From Callorhinchus milii (taxonomy: Eukaryota): a stretch of DNA of 64,000 bases. Of this stretch, positions 38,586 through 51,220 are shown one piece after another. Every line of letters begins with the position of its first letter. Positions within the stretch are counted from its first letter, which is position 1. The stretch spans positions 111,788,001-111,852,000 of the forward strand of contig NW_024704743.1 of the NCBI RefSeq assembly GCF_018977255.1. The letters run 5' to 3'. A program made the translations under genes and the position numbers. The notes under the pieces are model-generated. The model worked only from the letters and a program-made list of their open reading frames with translations, ran no database searches and was not told the origin of the DNA.

Positions 38586-40389
38586 AAAGTCGCTAAGAAA
38601 GCAACAATATTAATACAACAAATTTCATCACAGAATACAGGGAAAAGCAAATGCTCAAGAAGCAGACAAGAAGCAGCTATTTCTTATGTCCTACGTAATA
38701 ACTGTTTATTCCAGATCCAATTGCAAAACTGCCAGTTTTTTTTCATAACCCAGAACTCTCATCAGTTACTCCTGTCCTGATCCAATGCTCTATTACCAGC
38801 AGAAACTATTCTCACCTCAGTGAGTGAGAGAAACTTCTCTCCTGCTTCAAAACTCATTGATGAACCTACGACAATCCAGTTTCTCTTCAGTTAGACCCTT
38901 TCATGGTCCACATCTCTCTTCCTAATTCACCCAGTTTCTCGATAGTCCTCGTCTTTGTCTAGACTGCTCACTACAGCAACAACTAGTCCAGATCTGCTAG
39001 ATCAATTACTTCTTCTGTTCAAGTCCATTACCCATTAGCAATTTCTCTCAGAACCGGGTAGAGGAACAGAAGCTACTATCAGTCCAAGCCCCTTGCTCTA
39101 TGTAGTCTGTAGCAGCTCATTTCAATGATTTGAAACAGTGAAGGCAACCTCCGTGACTGAAATTTGAAATACAGACTTAATGCCTCCCTGTGGCCTGCAG
39201 AAATTAATCTTTGAAAAAAGGATCCATGTCTTTTTTAAAAACACGAGAAATACAATTCACTTTTAGTCTCTTTAGACCCCTCCCCTCACTACGCTGTGCT
39301 CCAAACACTCTTATTAAAGTAAAAGTAAAATTGAAATGCAAAATAGGTGTAAAAACATACATGAATGTGATGCATCAAGCGATGACAGAGTATCAAAAAC
39401 ATTCCGATTGTGACATGACCTTCATAACCCATGAAAGATGAATATTTGGGGTATTCAGTGGTTCCCTGGGGGATATCTTCTATTAATTCACTAGACATTC
39501 AGTACAGCTTAGCATCAGTGATTCAGTAGCCCAGTGATAATACCATTTTGAATATTGTAAAGATCATCTTCTATCTTATTGAGAATGAGAATAAAGCAAA
39601 TCACTCAATGTTAATCTTAATGTACTATATTAATAGGTTGAACGCAGTACAGCTACCAGCAAAATATTTGTGTAAAACACTTCTGATCTTGAACTGCATG
39701 CAGAAAATGGTTAAAATAAAACAACAGACAGAGGTAATTTTTTGCTGCTTGAAAGAAAGAATGGTAGCAAGAACTCAAACTGCTCCACTCTTGCAAGTGA
39801 TCCCCTCTACATTTTATTTAAAATCTGTGCCAATTGCTCCTTATAAAAAAAATGCAGAATAAAAGGTGCAAGTTCAGTTCACACTGGAACAATTTAATGG
39901 CCACAAGAATCTGTAAGAACAGCCCACCTCATTCCTTGAGTTAACATCCCAGAAATGTAGTTATAGGGAAATAAACCTGCATCTTTCCACATCTGTAAAC
40001 CCTGTTATGTTTAATGATGAACAGCAAGCGGTGCAGCTAAAACACAGCCCACACAATGACTGGGTAACACCGAGGTGGGGTATTTTGATTTGCCTCGATT
40101 TTTACCTTGAATGCTCTTTGTGGAGCAGATGAATCCTTTCACACACTCTTTGGCATCTGACGATGAAACGGCCTGACACACTGCATCTAGGCACATGTGT
40201 GTCAAGCGTCTTGTCCAACTAGCCTGGTCAAGCCATAACCATAAGGTCATTCACCAACTTGATAAGTGGGGGGGAAAATGCCACTCACTGCTTTTGTCCT
40301 ATTTTCAGTAATGGTCGGAATCAGTGCTAATTAGGGCCCTACGGGGACTGTTTCTGTGTGTGTGTGGTGTGATGGTGGTGGGCAGGGGG

Positions 40390-40458
40390 AGGAGAACGAG
40401 AGAGAGAGAAAGAGAGCGAGAGTGAGAGAGAGAGTGAGCAAGTGAAGAAAAAGAGAGA
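40390..40458. repeat. (GA)n-rich microsatellite
   Basis: Imperfect gagagagaga tract. Confidence 0.8.
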
Positions 40459-40496
40459 CCAGTGATTGAAGCCAGAATGCAGTATAACTTTAAAAA

Positions 40497-40560
40497 GAAT
40501 GCTCCAAGACGCTATTGCACGTAAAGGCTGCTAAATAAATCCAAGTTATTGTTGTTGTTG
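40497..40560 (+). mobile_element. L2 extreme 3' tail fragment
   Basis: ..ctaaataaatccaagttatt(gtt)n matches the tail of the L2 at 44.1 kb. Confidence 0.5.
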
Positions 40561-41704
40561 AATGTCCTTTTCCTGGAGACGATTTGAGTACATGCCACAC
40601 TTGCAGCTTCACCAACGCCTCAGCATTTACTTGATGAGGACTGAAACCATTAATGACACAAACGTAAAAGATGGCAGCTTATTACTGGAGCTAGATGTTA
40701 ACCACAACAGGCTTCAGGTTTCATCTGTGAACCTTCTGGTTAATTTCTCTACCCCCAGGCATGAAACTAAACTGGAATCCATACAAAAATGGTCAATGCA
40801 TTTTGATCTATTGGAACCCAAGAATACATAGCACCTGCACAAATGACTAATTGCTGGAAACCCATTAGGAGTCCTAGCGTGCACTCGCTTCAATAGAATT
40901 CCTTTCTCTTTTCTGACACACCTGTAAATCTTATAATTGCCATTATGTTTACAATTGGAACTACTGTGACTTTTGAACAAGTCTTACGCTTCTTTAAATA
41001 AAACCTAATAATTAATCTGACAGGGCTTTGAGAAGCTTGTAAAGAAAAATAAATAAAATACAGTTTGTATTTGTTTGGGAAGAGGGCTGATGTATTTTGT
41101 GAATGGCATTGCTACCTGGTATTTGTATTTGATTCTGTGAAAGACGACATCTTCCTAAAGATGCTTTATTTCAGGGGCATTTTACCCTCAAGTGATGGAG
41201 GGTGCATTTTCATTTTCCCCTGGCCCACATTTTCCTGTTGAGAAGACTGCAGACAATGGATGGCAATGACATGTCTGTTATTTATCCAGCCAGTAAGGGA
41301 TAATAGTAGAATGGGAACAATCCATGTTGTCCGTCCTCTGTAGATAAGGCATTTGCCCACTCTCCTGTGTCTCCCTGGGAAGTGTGGGGCTCAGGCCTGA
41401 GCAAGCCTGGGGAGCTCAACTTGCATTCTTCCACTCTATGGCCATTGGTGCCTTAACACCTAGCGCCATCTGCTCCTCAATCTTTGAAATGATAAATTGT
41501 AGGGGATCTCCTCAGAAACACGCCTTCACTATTCGAGGTTATGAATGGTTTGAGACCTTGTGAACTTGATTGTTAACCCCAAGAATCTACACTGGGCAGG
41601 CACTCTTCACAAGGAATGAATAGAATAAGCAGCAATGTACTGTATAAGGGATAAACACTGTCATCTTTGGAAAATGTAGCACTGTTCAGGTATACAGAAA
41701 TACA

Positions 41705-41890
41705 AATAAATATTCTTGGATTTGATATAGCGCCTTATCACATTGTTAAGATGTCTCAAAGCATTTCACAGGATATATTGTAAAGTGGAATGACTGTGTA
41801 TTTTGTGGGCGAAACGTGGCACAGTTGCGCACAACAGTTTCCCACCAACAGCCGTGGAGTGAGCGACCAATTTTATTTGGCCAGGACACT
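41705..41890 (-). mobile_element. SINE 3' half
   Basis: atttgatatagcgccttatcac..ttttgtgggcgaaacgtggcacagttgcgcaca..tggccaggacac. Confidence 0.8.
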
Positions 41891-44067
41891 GGCCCAAAAC
41901 ATAAGGTAACAAGCAACTCAGCTTTTTAACCAAAAGAACTTAAACATGCCTCATTAACAGTTGTTGCACTTAAAACTATCTGTGTTGTACTTTGTGAAGT
42001 TAAATATTTTCCACAATTGTTCCGCAAACGTAATTATATGGCATTCATTATAAATGCATTCAAAAGTGCTGCAATGCTACTTTAATGGAAAAAATCTCAT
42101 TGCATTGCAAAATAAATTATTGGGTCCAGACAACTGAAAATAGAAATGTATCCTTATTGCCTATTCATTTTTAATGCAGAAATATACAAATGTGCAGTTA
42201 ACTATTGTTCTGGATCCTGGTCTGTATTTTGTGTCCCGAACTATAACCTTAGGGCATGCAAACATGTAGATAACTGTGGCGAGCATAAATCATTTACGTG
42301 GTAACTTATCTGTTAGCAAATCTTGGAAAACTCTTTGATTTCTTAAATAGCATTGGACTGAATACGTGCGCTGCACCAAGTTTTTAATCTGCTGCTCAAG
42401 CGATCCATCAAGCGGTACAAAATCTTCATCGGCAACTGCACTGCCCCCAATTCCCTCTCTGATATCTGGCAGGAATAATGTTTGCATAAGTTCAGTGACC
42501 AGCTGTCCGGCGAGGTAGGTATGTGAGCAAAGTCCTTATGCCTTACTGCTCACTAAATAGACTACACTTTGCTAATTTTCGAAGAATGTTGGCAATGACT
42601 ATTTTCCTCAGCTTCCATGTTAACAGTGCTTCATGCAAGTGCACATGTAGCCAAAACAAACATCCCCAATAAATCTTTTTAACCTTCGAAATGCAGCAGC
42701 TGAACCTGCTGAAGCCTAGGCCACAGCAAACTGGCATGTATGAAGCATTCTAACCAGATCTCACACCCGCCACTGTAAAACGTTCAGTGGTTCGAGAGTT
42801 CGTTTCATTCTGAAGAACGGTCTGTGTTAGCTACCTTATGGCTGTAAACCTTCCAAAAGGAGAAGCCTGACTCAACCCTGGCTGACGTGAAGTCACACAA
42901 ATTGCTAATTTTACTTTCAGACGCATTTATAGACAGCGTTTACCAGAATAAAGATGGACTGATAACTTCTATTGCAGGATCAGCCAGAAAAGAAGATCAT
43001 GCAGTTTATCGAAAGATAACCCAACCACTTCCTTATCAGGCCTAATTCAACAGAATAGGTTTTTTCAAAAACATCTCGCAAGGCTTTTCCAAACTGCCTT
43101 AATTGCCATGCTGTACACAGGTTTTCGAAAAGGGAAATAAAGCGCTCACAAATGCTTTGAACTCAAAGGTAATCCTGCGGTTCCGGCTGCTCATTCCAAT
43201 TGTCCAGCGTAAAACTGCCGAGTGGGTCTCTCTCGCCTGTCATTCATGTGTATCCATTCCATTGTGTGAGAAACAAAGTGGTTTAAAAAAAAAGCCTGCT
43301 CCTATTAACACGACTGACCGAGGGCTGGTAAACTGGTCCGAACACAGAAACGTATGAATTGTCAACCAAAAACTATCTAGGTGCAGGCAAGTTTGGTGAA
43401 TACATCATATGCTGGTTTTAAAGCATTTCAGACCACTTCAACAAGACCAGTCACAGATCCCTAAGAACATAGCAGCTAATCTCTACTATCACTTTACAAC
43501 AAACTGTAAACAAAGCTTGCTGTACACTTGATAAGGTGAACTTTGACTTGAAATATCGCTAATAATTGATAGCATATTCTGGCTAGAAACATGCAAATCA
43601 AAGAGTAGGAAACATGCCAATCCACATTAAGGCCCACAGTGACTTCCATTCACCCCCACTCTCTTTCTCTATCTCTGTGGTGAACAAGAATAGTTCCCGA
43701 AAGAGAAAATTCATTTCCTAATTGATTTTGGTTGTGCTTTTCTATATTCCTAGCTCTGTTCAAATCATTTCCCAATTTGTATCTCTCCCATCTCCCATCA
43801 AGATCCCTTGATCTCGTGCCATTGGGTCAGCTCACCAATACAGGCCCACAAAATATTCACTTTGTATCTCACTGATGATGCAAATCACACAAATCAGAGA
43901 AATAGCATGCAAATCATTCCAAAGAATCCCAGATACGGTGAAGCACGGACAGACTGGTGAGAGCAGATTTGCACTCGGTGTGTTTGGACCTAAGAGATGT
44001 TTGAAAGGCACAGTATGAAAACACAAGGTGGTTATTAGAACGTGGAATGGGTGTTGAAGCCGAATCC

Positions 44068-44362
44068 ATAACAACAAACAACAACAACTTGGATTTATAT
44101 AGCGCCCTCCACGCCGCACGGCGTCTCAGAGCGCTTCACAGTAATGGATTCCGGGACCGAGCCAGGGGGAGGGGAGGAAGATGACCAAAGGCGTGGTCGA
44201 AAAGAAAGGTCTTCAGCAGAGACCTGAAAATAGGAAGAGAGGGAGCGAGGCAAAGGGAGTGAGGAAGGGAGTTCCAGAGCCTCGGGCATAGTGGCTGAAG
44301 GCACGGCCGCCGAGGGTGGAGCTGATGACTCGGGGGACGAGGAGGAGGCCAGACCCGGAGGA
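44068..44362 (-). mobile_element. L2 LINE 3' end, relatively young (CpG-rich)
   Basis: Minus-strand PRLWNSLPHSLCLAPSLPIFRSLLKTFLFDHAF (L2 ORF2 C-terminus), followed by tail tgtgaagcgctctgagacg..ggcgctatataaatccaag(ttg)n. Confidence 0.88.
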
Positions 44363-44369
44363 ATGAAGG

Positions 44370-44485
44370 CAATAAATAGCAGTATTTCAAAGGGAATTGG
44401 ATAGTTGTTTGAGGAAAAGTAGTATTAATGGCATCGGAATAGGATTAGAGTGGAGAGCTCCAATGGAGGAGCTAGCACTAGCAAA
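44370..44485 (+). mobile_element. CR1 3' end fragment abutting the L2
   Basis: gtatttcaaagggaattggatag (FKRELD-like)..ggattagagtggagagctc..gagctagcac. Confidence 0.5.
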
Positions 44486-46949
44486 CACAAGGTGGAAAGA
44501 GCACAGGAATTAGATGGAGACAAATCTTATGATCAGTTAGGTTGCTATGCATGAGGGGATTATGTGTGTGTATGTGGTGGTTGTATATGGAAGAGAGGTG
44601 GTTGGTATGTGTGTGAGGCGGGGAAGGAAAGGGTATGAATCATCTTTGCTGAAATTCACTGCCTATTAGAGCTCACAGACAGCGGGGCATTCGGACAATG
44701 TTGAGCAAAAAGATTTGGTAGTGCAGGATATTTATTGGCATTTTACAGAAATCTTGAATGTGTTTGCGAACGAGAAGTGTCACAATTCAATGCTTAGTTC
44801 TAGTTCCACTTATTAAACTATCAATCAAAAAGCCAGACGAAAATGAGATGGCAAAAGAAAAACACAAAAAAAAGTCCAAAAGAGAAATAAAAAGATGTAA
44901 AAATACTTCAAAGGTGAGAAAAAGAAACGATCAAAAGGGGAAAGAAAAATATTGAATAAACCTGATTAAACACAAAGTTTTCTGTTTAAGATTTTTGTTA
45001 CACACACTCATATACGCATGCTATTATCACTGAAAAGGTCTGAATTTGCTTGCATCTGATTTTTATACTGGAATTTGGTGAAAATTAAAATGTTGAAATT
45101 CAAAGGAGGTAAAGATAGCAACCTCAAACTGACCAATGTAAAATAGTAGCCATGTCGCAGTTTGAGTCGACCAGCCTAAAAGCTAAACATCCCAGGCGGA
45201 TGATGAAGCCCCTTCAGTCCATCTGATCTCATCGTTCCAGAATACCTTCACTGTCCTTCCCAGCATTTTTTTCCAATGAGAATAAACCCTAAATAAATAC
45301 TTGCATTGATATGGTTCCATTCATGTAAAGGCATCACATCACAACCGCAGTGGTGGACACTGAGCAGGAAAGTAAAGAGATTTAAAGATGCTGACAAAGG
45401 TATGGTAGTAGAACAGACTTTAGGAGATTCTTGAAAGCAGGGAGAGAGGTGGCTAGGCCATGTGGTCAAAAGCTCAGGGCCTGACGGTGGAATGAAAGAA
45501 GCTGGGACCGAGCAGTAGAGTGAGCAAAAACCAAGGACCCAATCTCTCTTACTGTGTACACAAAGGTCTGCATATTGGGTACAAAACATGGCAAATTGCA
45601 TGCATGCCAAACAAGGTTTTACCCTGCATCGATGGCGTCAATGAAAATATGAATAAAAAAGATCAATACATTTTATTTTCTGAAAAGTGTCCATTAGAGT
45701 TTCCGATGCAGGCCTGGAGCTGTATAAAATGGTTATCATTTCAGGCCTTCTCGTTTAGCCTGGGTTAGAAACATCCAAGAGGATTATCATTCACAAAAAA
45801 ACAAAGGCTCAAGACAGCCATGCCGTGCTCTTTACTCTTTAGATGCACACAGAGGCAGAAGCGGCTCAAGCGTCATTCGTCTCGGAAGTCAGGCCAGCTT
45901 TTGTTTAAGCTACTTTCAAACAAAAGACATTTCCCGCCCCTGTTTTAATGCACTGTGCAGGATGTTTCTGTTTAAAAAGATGCTCTCAACAAAATTAGCC
46001 CCCCCCACACCTCAATAAGATCCATCTCTAATTTGTACAAGTCCTTGAAAATGTTGCTGGAGCTGCCAATGAAAGGCTCAAGCAGTGCATTCGAGTCGCT
46101 CTAGCATGCAATAATATAGATAAACAATAGCCAGGAAGGACTAATCTCATCAGCACTCTTAATGATGGCATAAGACGCAGACAAAAGCTTGCAGCAAGGC
46201 TGTAACTCGCTCTGGTTTAGCAGAGATGATTGCGACTGATGTATTCAAACAGATTAATTAATACCATGAACGACATTTGAAAAGGTTTAAACAATGACTT
46301 TTTTGGAGTAGCTTGCAGGCTGGATTGTGATCCTCAGTTCCCGTAGTGTCTCTCTCCATGCCTTCCAAGCTCTGATCTAAAAGCTTTTCCCAGAAGCTAA
46401 AAACCCTCAGGGAAATGCTCTCTGCAAGGGGTGTATTTGTCTTTGTGTGTGTGTGTGGGGGGTAGTTACTCTCCACCAATATTAATGTTTGTGCTACTCC
46501 TGAAACTGACTACAATTTTAGAGTGTTTCCCAACCTCAGAAAAGGAAATTTATTTTTGTCACCCAAGTGTCTGACAAACGCAGAAACCCATATTTAAAGG
46601 TATCCAAACCAGATTCAGAGTTCCACATATGTACATCACCCAAACATAGAAATTTCCCTATGTCTAGAATGGAATGTTAACTCTCTCTAAGGAGGGATGC
46701 ATCCTGTTCATCTAATACTGGAAGGTTTTAGGCACAGGTTGACAAGAGCCAAGGCTTGGGGATCCCAGATTGTGCGTTGAGATACTGCTGGAGTTTAACA
46801 AATTGAAATCATACAGCTTGCCATTGATCACACTGTTCTCAAGCTTCATGCCAGCTCTCCAATTAGGACTTGCAGAGTCAACAGTCGCTAAATGGGAAGA
46901 ATCACTCTGGCTCCCGATGACAAGTCAGGCTGGTAGGTCTGTCATCAGC

Positions 46950-47365
46950 AATGTTCACTTTATCATGTTGTCAAAATGACTCAAAGCGCTTCACAGGATT
47001 AAATAAATATAGTGTGGTGGCTGTGTATTTTGCAGGAAAATGCAGTAGCCAATTTGCACACAACAATGTCCCACAAACAGCCATGAAGTGAATGACCAAT
47101 ATTATCTGGAAGATAGTTGGTCATTGAACTTCACAAACTAAGTAACTCCCTTCTCTTTGTTTGTTGTGCCATAGGATGTTTAATATCCACCTAAACAGGA
47201 AGACAGGACCTTGTTTTAACATCTCATCTGAAGGACTTCATCCCCAACAATGCAGTGCACCCTCATCACTGTACTGGAATGTCAGACCAATACAATCCCA
47301 TACAATGTAGACCTTGAACCCACAACCTTCTGACTTAAAGGCGAGAGTGTTACCAACTGAGCTAC
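46950..47365 (-). mobile_element. Old Deu-domain SINE, full length
   Basis: Minus-strand head tagctcagttggtaacactctcgcc..gaaggttgtgggttcaag, Deu core and tail. Confidence 0.8.
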
Positions 47366-47969
47366 GTGAACATCTGAGTGCATAACTGATGAAGTGAGTG
47401 AATTGAATAGAGTAACATACAATACTGGGTGAAAAGGTGCATGAGACTGAAAAATCACAAAGGGGGCAGGGTGAGGTGAGAGGTGGTGAGATATGCATCA
47501 AAGTCCATACATTGTACGACACAAGTGATGGGAAATGTTCACAATGCCATGAGCTTTCCAAGTTCAGCTGTGTTATTTGGAGGAGGTCCCATGTGAATGT
47601 CTTGCAGGTGGTCATTGAGCAGCTAACGGGAACCCTGGGTGGCCCCCACACATTGCACTCTGGGGCAGAAGAGATGTGCAACAGAGAGAGACCCCAAAGG
47701 GTAAAAGAGGATGAATATGAGAAACAACTAACAAGATATAAATTATTGACACACAATGGAGTACTGCTGGATCTTTCTTTATAGAACGCAATGAGAAATA
47801 TAAACAAATTCTGCAGCTGTAATTGTGAGTTTAGGCGCAGTGCGTGCCAGGGTAGTTATGTCTTATTGATGTGCTTCGCTCATTATGGCTGATTTTACAA
47901 AACTGAAAGCAGGTGTGAAACAAATGAGTTTAAAAACCTAAACTACTTGGGATTCCAGCTCATTTGTGA

Positions 47970-48340
47970 AGACCTGTAGCTTAGGGGTTAGAGCACTCGC
48001 CTCGCAAGAGAGAGGACCTGGGTTTGATTCCCGGGCAGGGTGAAACGTTAAGCAAGTGTCCTTACTCCACACGAGTCTGTTTAACTAGCAGTAAGTAGGA
48101 ACCTGGTTGTTAGTTGATTGACAAATCGCTTTTCTGAGGGTAATAATCCCTTCAAAAAAACAATGATAATAATTTGGTCACTCAATCAACTCAATCCACG
48201 AGTTTGTGGAACACCGCTGTGCGCAATTGGCTGCCGCATTTCACCCACAAAATACAGTCACTAGACTTTACAGTACATTCTGTGAAGTACTTTGAGATGT
48301 CTATAAGGTGCTATAGCAAATGCAAGGATTATTATTATTA
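47970..48340 (+). mobile_element. Young tRNA-SINE, full length
   Basis: cctgtagcttaggggttagagcactcgcc..gggtttgattcccgggcagggtgaaac..; tail aaatgcaagg(att)n. Confidence 0.88.
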
Positions 48341-48431
48341 TCTGTGTGTGTTTTTTATTGTCCCAGTTTGAGTTTTTCTATGGCTCTTGTTCTTTGTCCC
48401 ATACTATTTCCAACTGCAGGAGAGGATAAAA

Positions 48432-48730
48432 GGTCAGGTCAGTAGGTAGCACTCTTGCCTCTGTGTCGGAAAGTTGTGGGTTCAAACTCCAGGTTGGGCC
48501 TTTGAGTTCACAGTCCATGATGACACTCCAATTCAGTGCTGGGATGCATTGCATTGTTGAAGGCACTGTCCTGCCGGTGAGATATTAAACTGAGGTCCTG
48601 CCTGCCTGTTCTGGTGGATGTTAAAGATCCCATGGTACTGTTCAAAAATAATTTCTCCTGGTGATCGAGCCAACAGCTGCCAGGATAAAATTGGTTATTT
48701 ACACACAGTTGTTTGTGGGATCTTGTATGC
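48432..48730 (+). mobile_element. Old Deu-domain SINE
   Basis: ggtagcactcttgcctctg..gttgtgggttcaaactcc..gagatattaaactgaggtcc..ggtggatgttaaagatcccatgg. Confidence 0.75.
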
Positions 48731-50809
48731 CTGTTTGCAAAACACTTGATTACGTATGAATCGTGCATTGTTTTAAGAAGTTTCAACTTTGGAAGGATGT
48801 ATAGCAATGTAAGTTCTTCTTAGGTTTCTTCCAATACAATTCAGACCCTGCCATAGGATCACCTGGCTTTGGCACTTCCCTGTGGTAGCATTGCTCAGTT
48901 CAATAACTCAGTTCAGACACACTCAGGGATCAAGGATTATCAGCCTTGCTATTTTCAAGAACATTAAAAATGTCAATATCTAGTCAACCACTGCAGGAAT
49001 GAGAAGTATCAGCTCAAACATTAAAAAGAACTCGAAGGAACAGTCTCTACAAGTGTACTTTAACCATGATTTACCATCTCAATACGCCTCCTGCCTTAAA
49101 AGTTTAACCCATAAATAAATTAATCAAACACTGCATTTGTTGCTAACTATGATCAGATTGGTTTACTTTATTTCAGCACTTTGATTTCAGTCAAATCAGT
49201 CTTCCCCTTTCGTTTGTTCAGAAGACAGAATGCTTTGGATGGGGGCATTGGCTTAAAATGATAGTTTGTACAGAGCTGCACAGTTTAGCTACTGAATTAG
49301 TCTTTGTTTCAGATAGATCCAAACTTGAAGCTTCCAAAAAAAATGCACCGGTTATTTAAGGGAAATGATGCCTCAAACATTCAAATTCCTGAAGTCCGCA
49401 CATGTCCATTTACTGGGACTAGCAGACACTCCGTGTATATTTCAAAAACCCAAACCTCATAAATCTCGCAACATTCCTCACATCCTTCATGTTTACCTCA
49501 CTGCTGATGAGTCTGGTAGACACTGAACAGGAAATTAAATGAGCGCTTGGCAAAAAAAAGAGAGAGAAGCTAAAATTCTTCACTAAAATAAATCCAGCCA
49601 GTTCAAAGCCTTCAGTTGCTCTTTCAGTTAGTGAAGTTCAATCACATGATCTCAATTTATTGAATGCCGGTCAGGAATAAAAGGGAAAAAATGTGGTAGT
49701 CTATTAGTGGTCCTCACATCTTCAGCAGATGTTCGGCTGAAGGAACAATAAACAGTCTCTCTGCTTGTGTGCAGCTGAACATCAGTCAATCGCTGGACTG
49801 AAAACACAACCCGTCCCTAAAGAAGAACTCCGATTTATCATCTCAGTGAAACAGCATTTGGAACTGTTGAGATCCACTGAATGCTATAAACAGCGCCTGT
49901 TCTATAAATACGCCCGTTACTTAAATAATTATACAGCTCCTGTGTCTCCCTCCCATCAGAATATGCAGCAAAATGCACAGAAATTATTTTGTGGATGTTT
50001 GAGAAGCAATTTAAGTTCCTTGTTGTCAGTAGCATGCTGTATGCTAAAACAACAGTATCTATGGCACTTTCTTTAGCACCGTGTAAAATTTGCTGGACAT
50101 CAGTTATTTCCCAGGAGCTGTGTTTAATCCAAGGAAATACATGCTAAAGGTTTAATGGTATATATGAAGCTGTGGGATTTCGCTGTCAAATAAATCTTTA
50201 TATCACTTCGCACAAGTGACAGGGACACCAGCAGGGGTTGCCAGGGGGACAAATCCACCACAACTCTTTGGGCTGGTTTGATCTCTGGCCATTTTTCGCA
50301 CATTTGCTGGCTTTGTGAAATTGCAACTGGCCTGTTTTGCGAATATTACGAATTGGGACTGTTCTAGAGATTCGGGGACTGAAGTCACTGTAAGTGCTTT
50401 GAATCCCATTTGCAAACATAGCAAATTACAACCTGTTAGAAATAATTTTCATCATTCAATGAATGTCACCATTGGGAACTTATTCAAAACAAATAATTGT
50501 CACAGGAGTTAGAATCAGGTTTGTTGGTTTGGATTATTTCTGTTTCAAATATTACCATGAAACAATACTTGCTAACGACAATGTAAGAAGAACTGGTTTG
50601 GAGAAATTAACTGGTAGAGCTAAAAGCATATTGCAAAAAAGGTTAAGCATCACTAGTCAATGACTGTCTCTCTATTGACGTTTTTATTAATTGAGAGTCC
50701 AAGTGAGGGGAGAATCACTAAAGTGCATATATACTTATTTTGAAGAGTACCAAAAAAAGAAGTCAAGATGTAATGGTCATGATACTAAGCCAAGTTTTAC
50801 AATAATATT

Positions 50810-51220
50810 ACAATAAAATAATATTTTATGAAGCACCTTATAACATCTCAAAGCTCTTTACAAGATTTACTGCAATGTGTAATGACTGCATTTGTAGGAG
50901 AACAAGGCAGCCAATTGCATACAATAATGTCCCACAAACAGCCATGCAACAAACTATTAATTTTACCTGGAGGATTGTTGGTCAGAACACTGTGAGAAAC
51001 TCCCTTCTCTTTTCTAATAGAGCATGGGATCTTCAACATCCTACTGAACAGGCAGACGGGACCTCAGTTTAAAATCTCATCCAACAGACAGCACCTCCAA
51101 CAATGCAACGCAACCTCAATTGGAGTGTCATCCTAAACCATGAATTCAAAGCCCTGACATGGACTTTACCCACAACCTTCTGAGTCAGAAGTGAGAGTGC
51201 TATCAAGTAAACCTGACTGA
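50810..51220 (-). mobile_element. Old Deu-domain SINE, full length
   Basis: Reverse complement of the tail, Deu core (catgggatcttcaacatcc..gacctcagttt) and head (cacaaccttctgagtcagaagtgagagtgcta). Confidence 0.8.

Noticed and set aside
42370..42466. Possible exon ccag|AT.. reading DIREGIGGSAVADEDFVPLDGSLEQQIKNL
   Set aside because: Similarity to the recalled exon is limited to L.EQQ, and no credible phase-1 GT donor follows.
47238..47807. Longest ORFs (189 aa here; 170 aa at 62593-63105)
   Set aside because: They show no protein-family features and overlap SINE sequence, so they are chance open frames.
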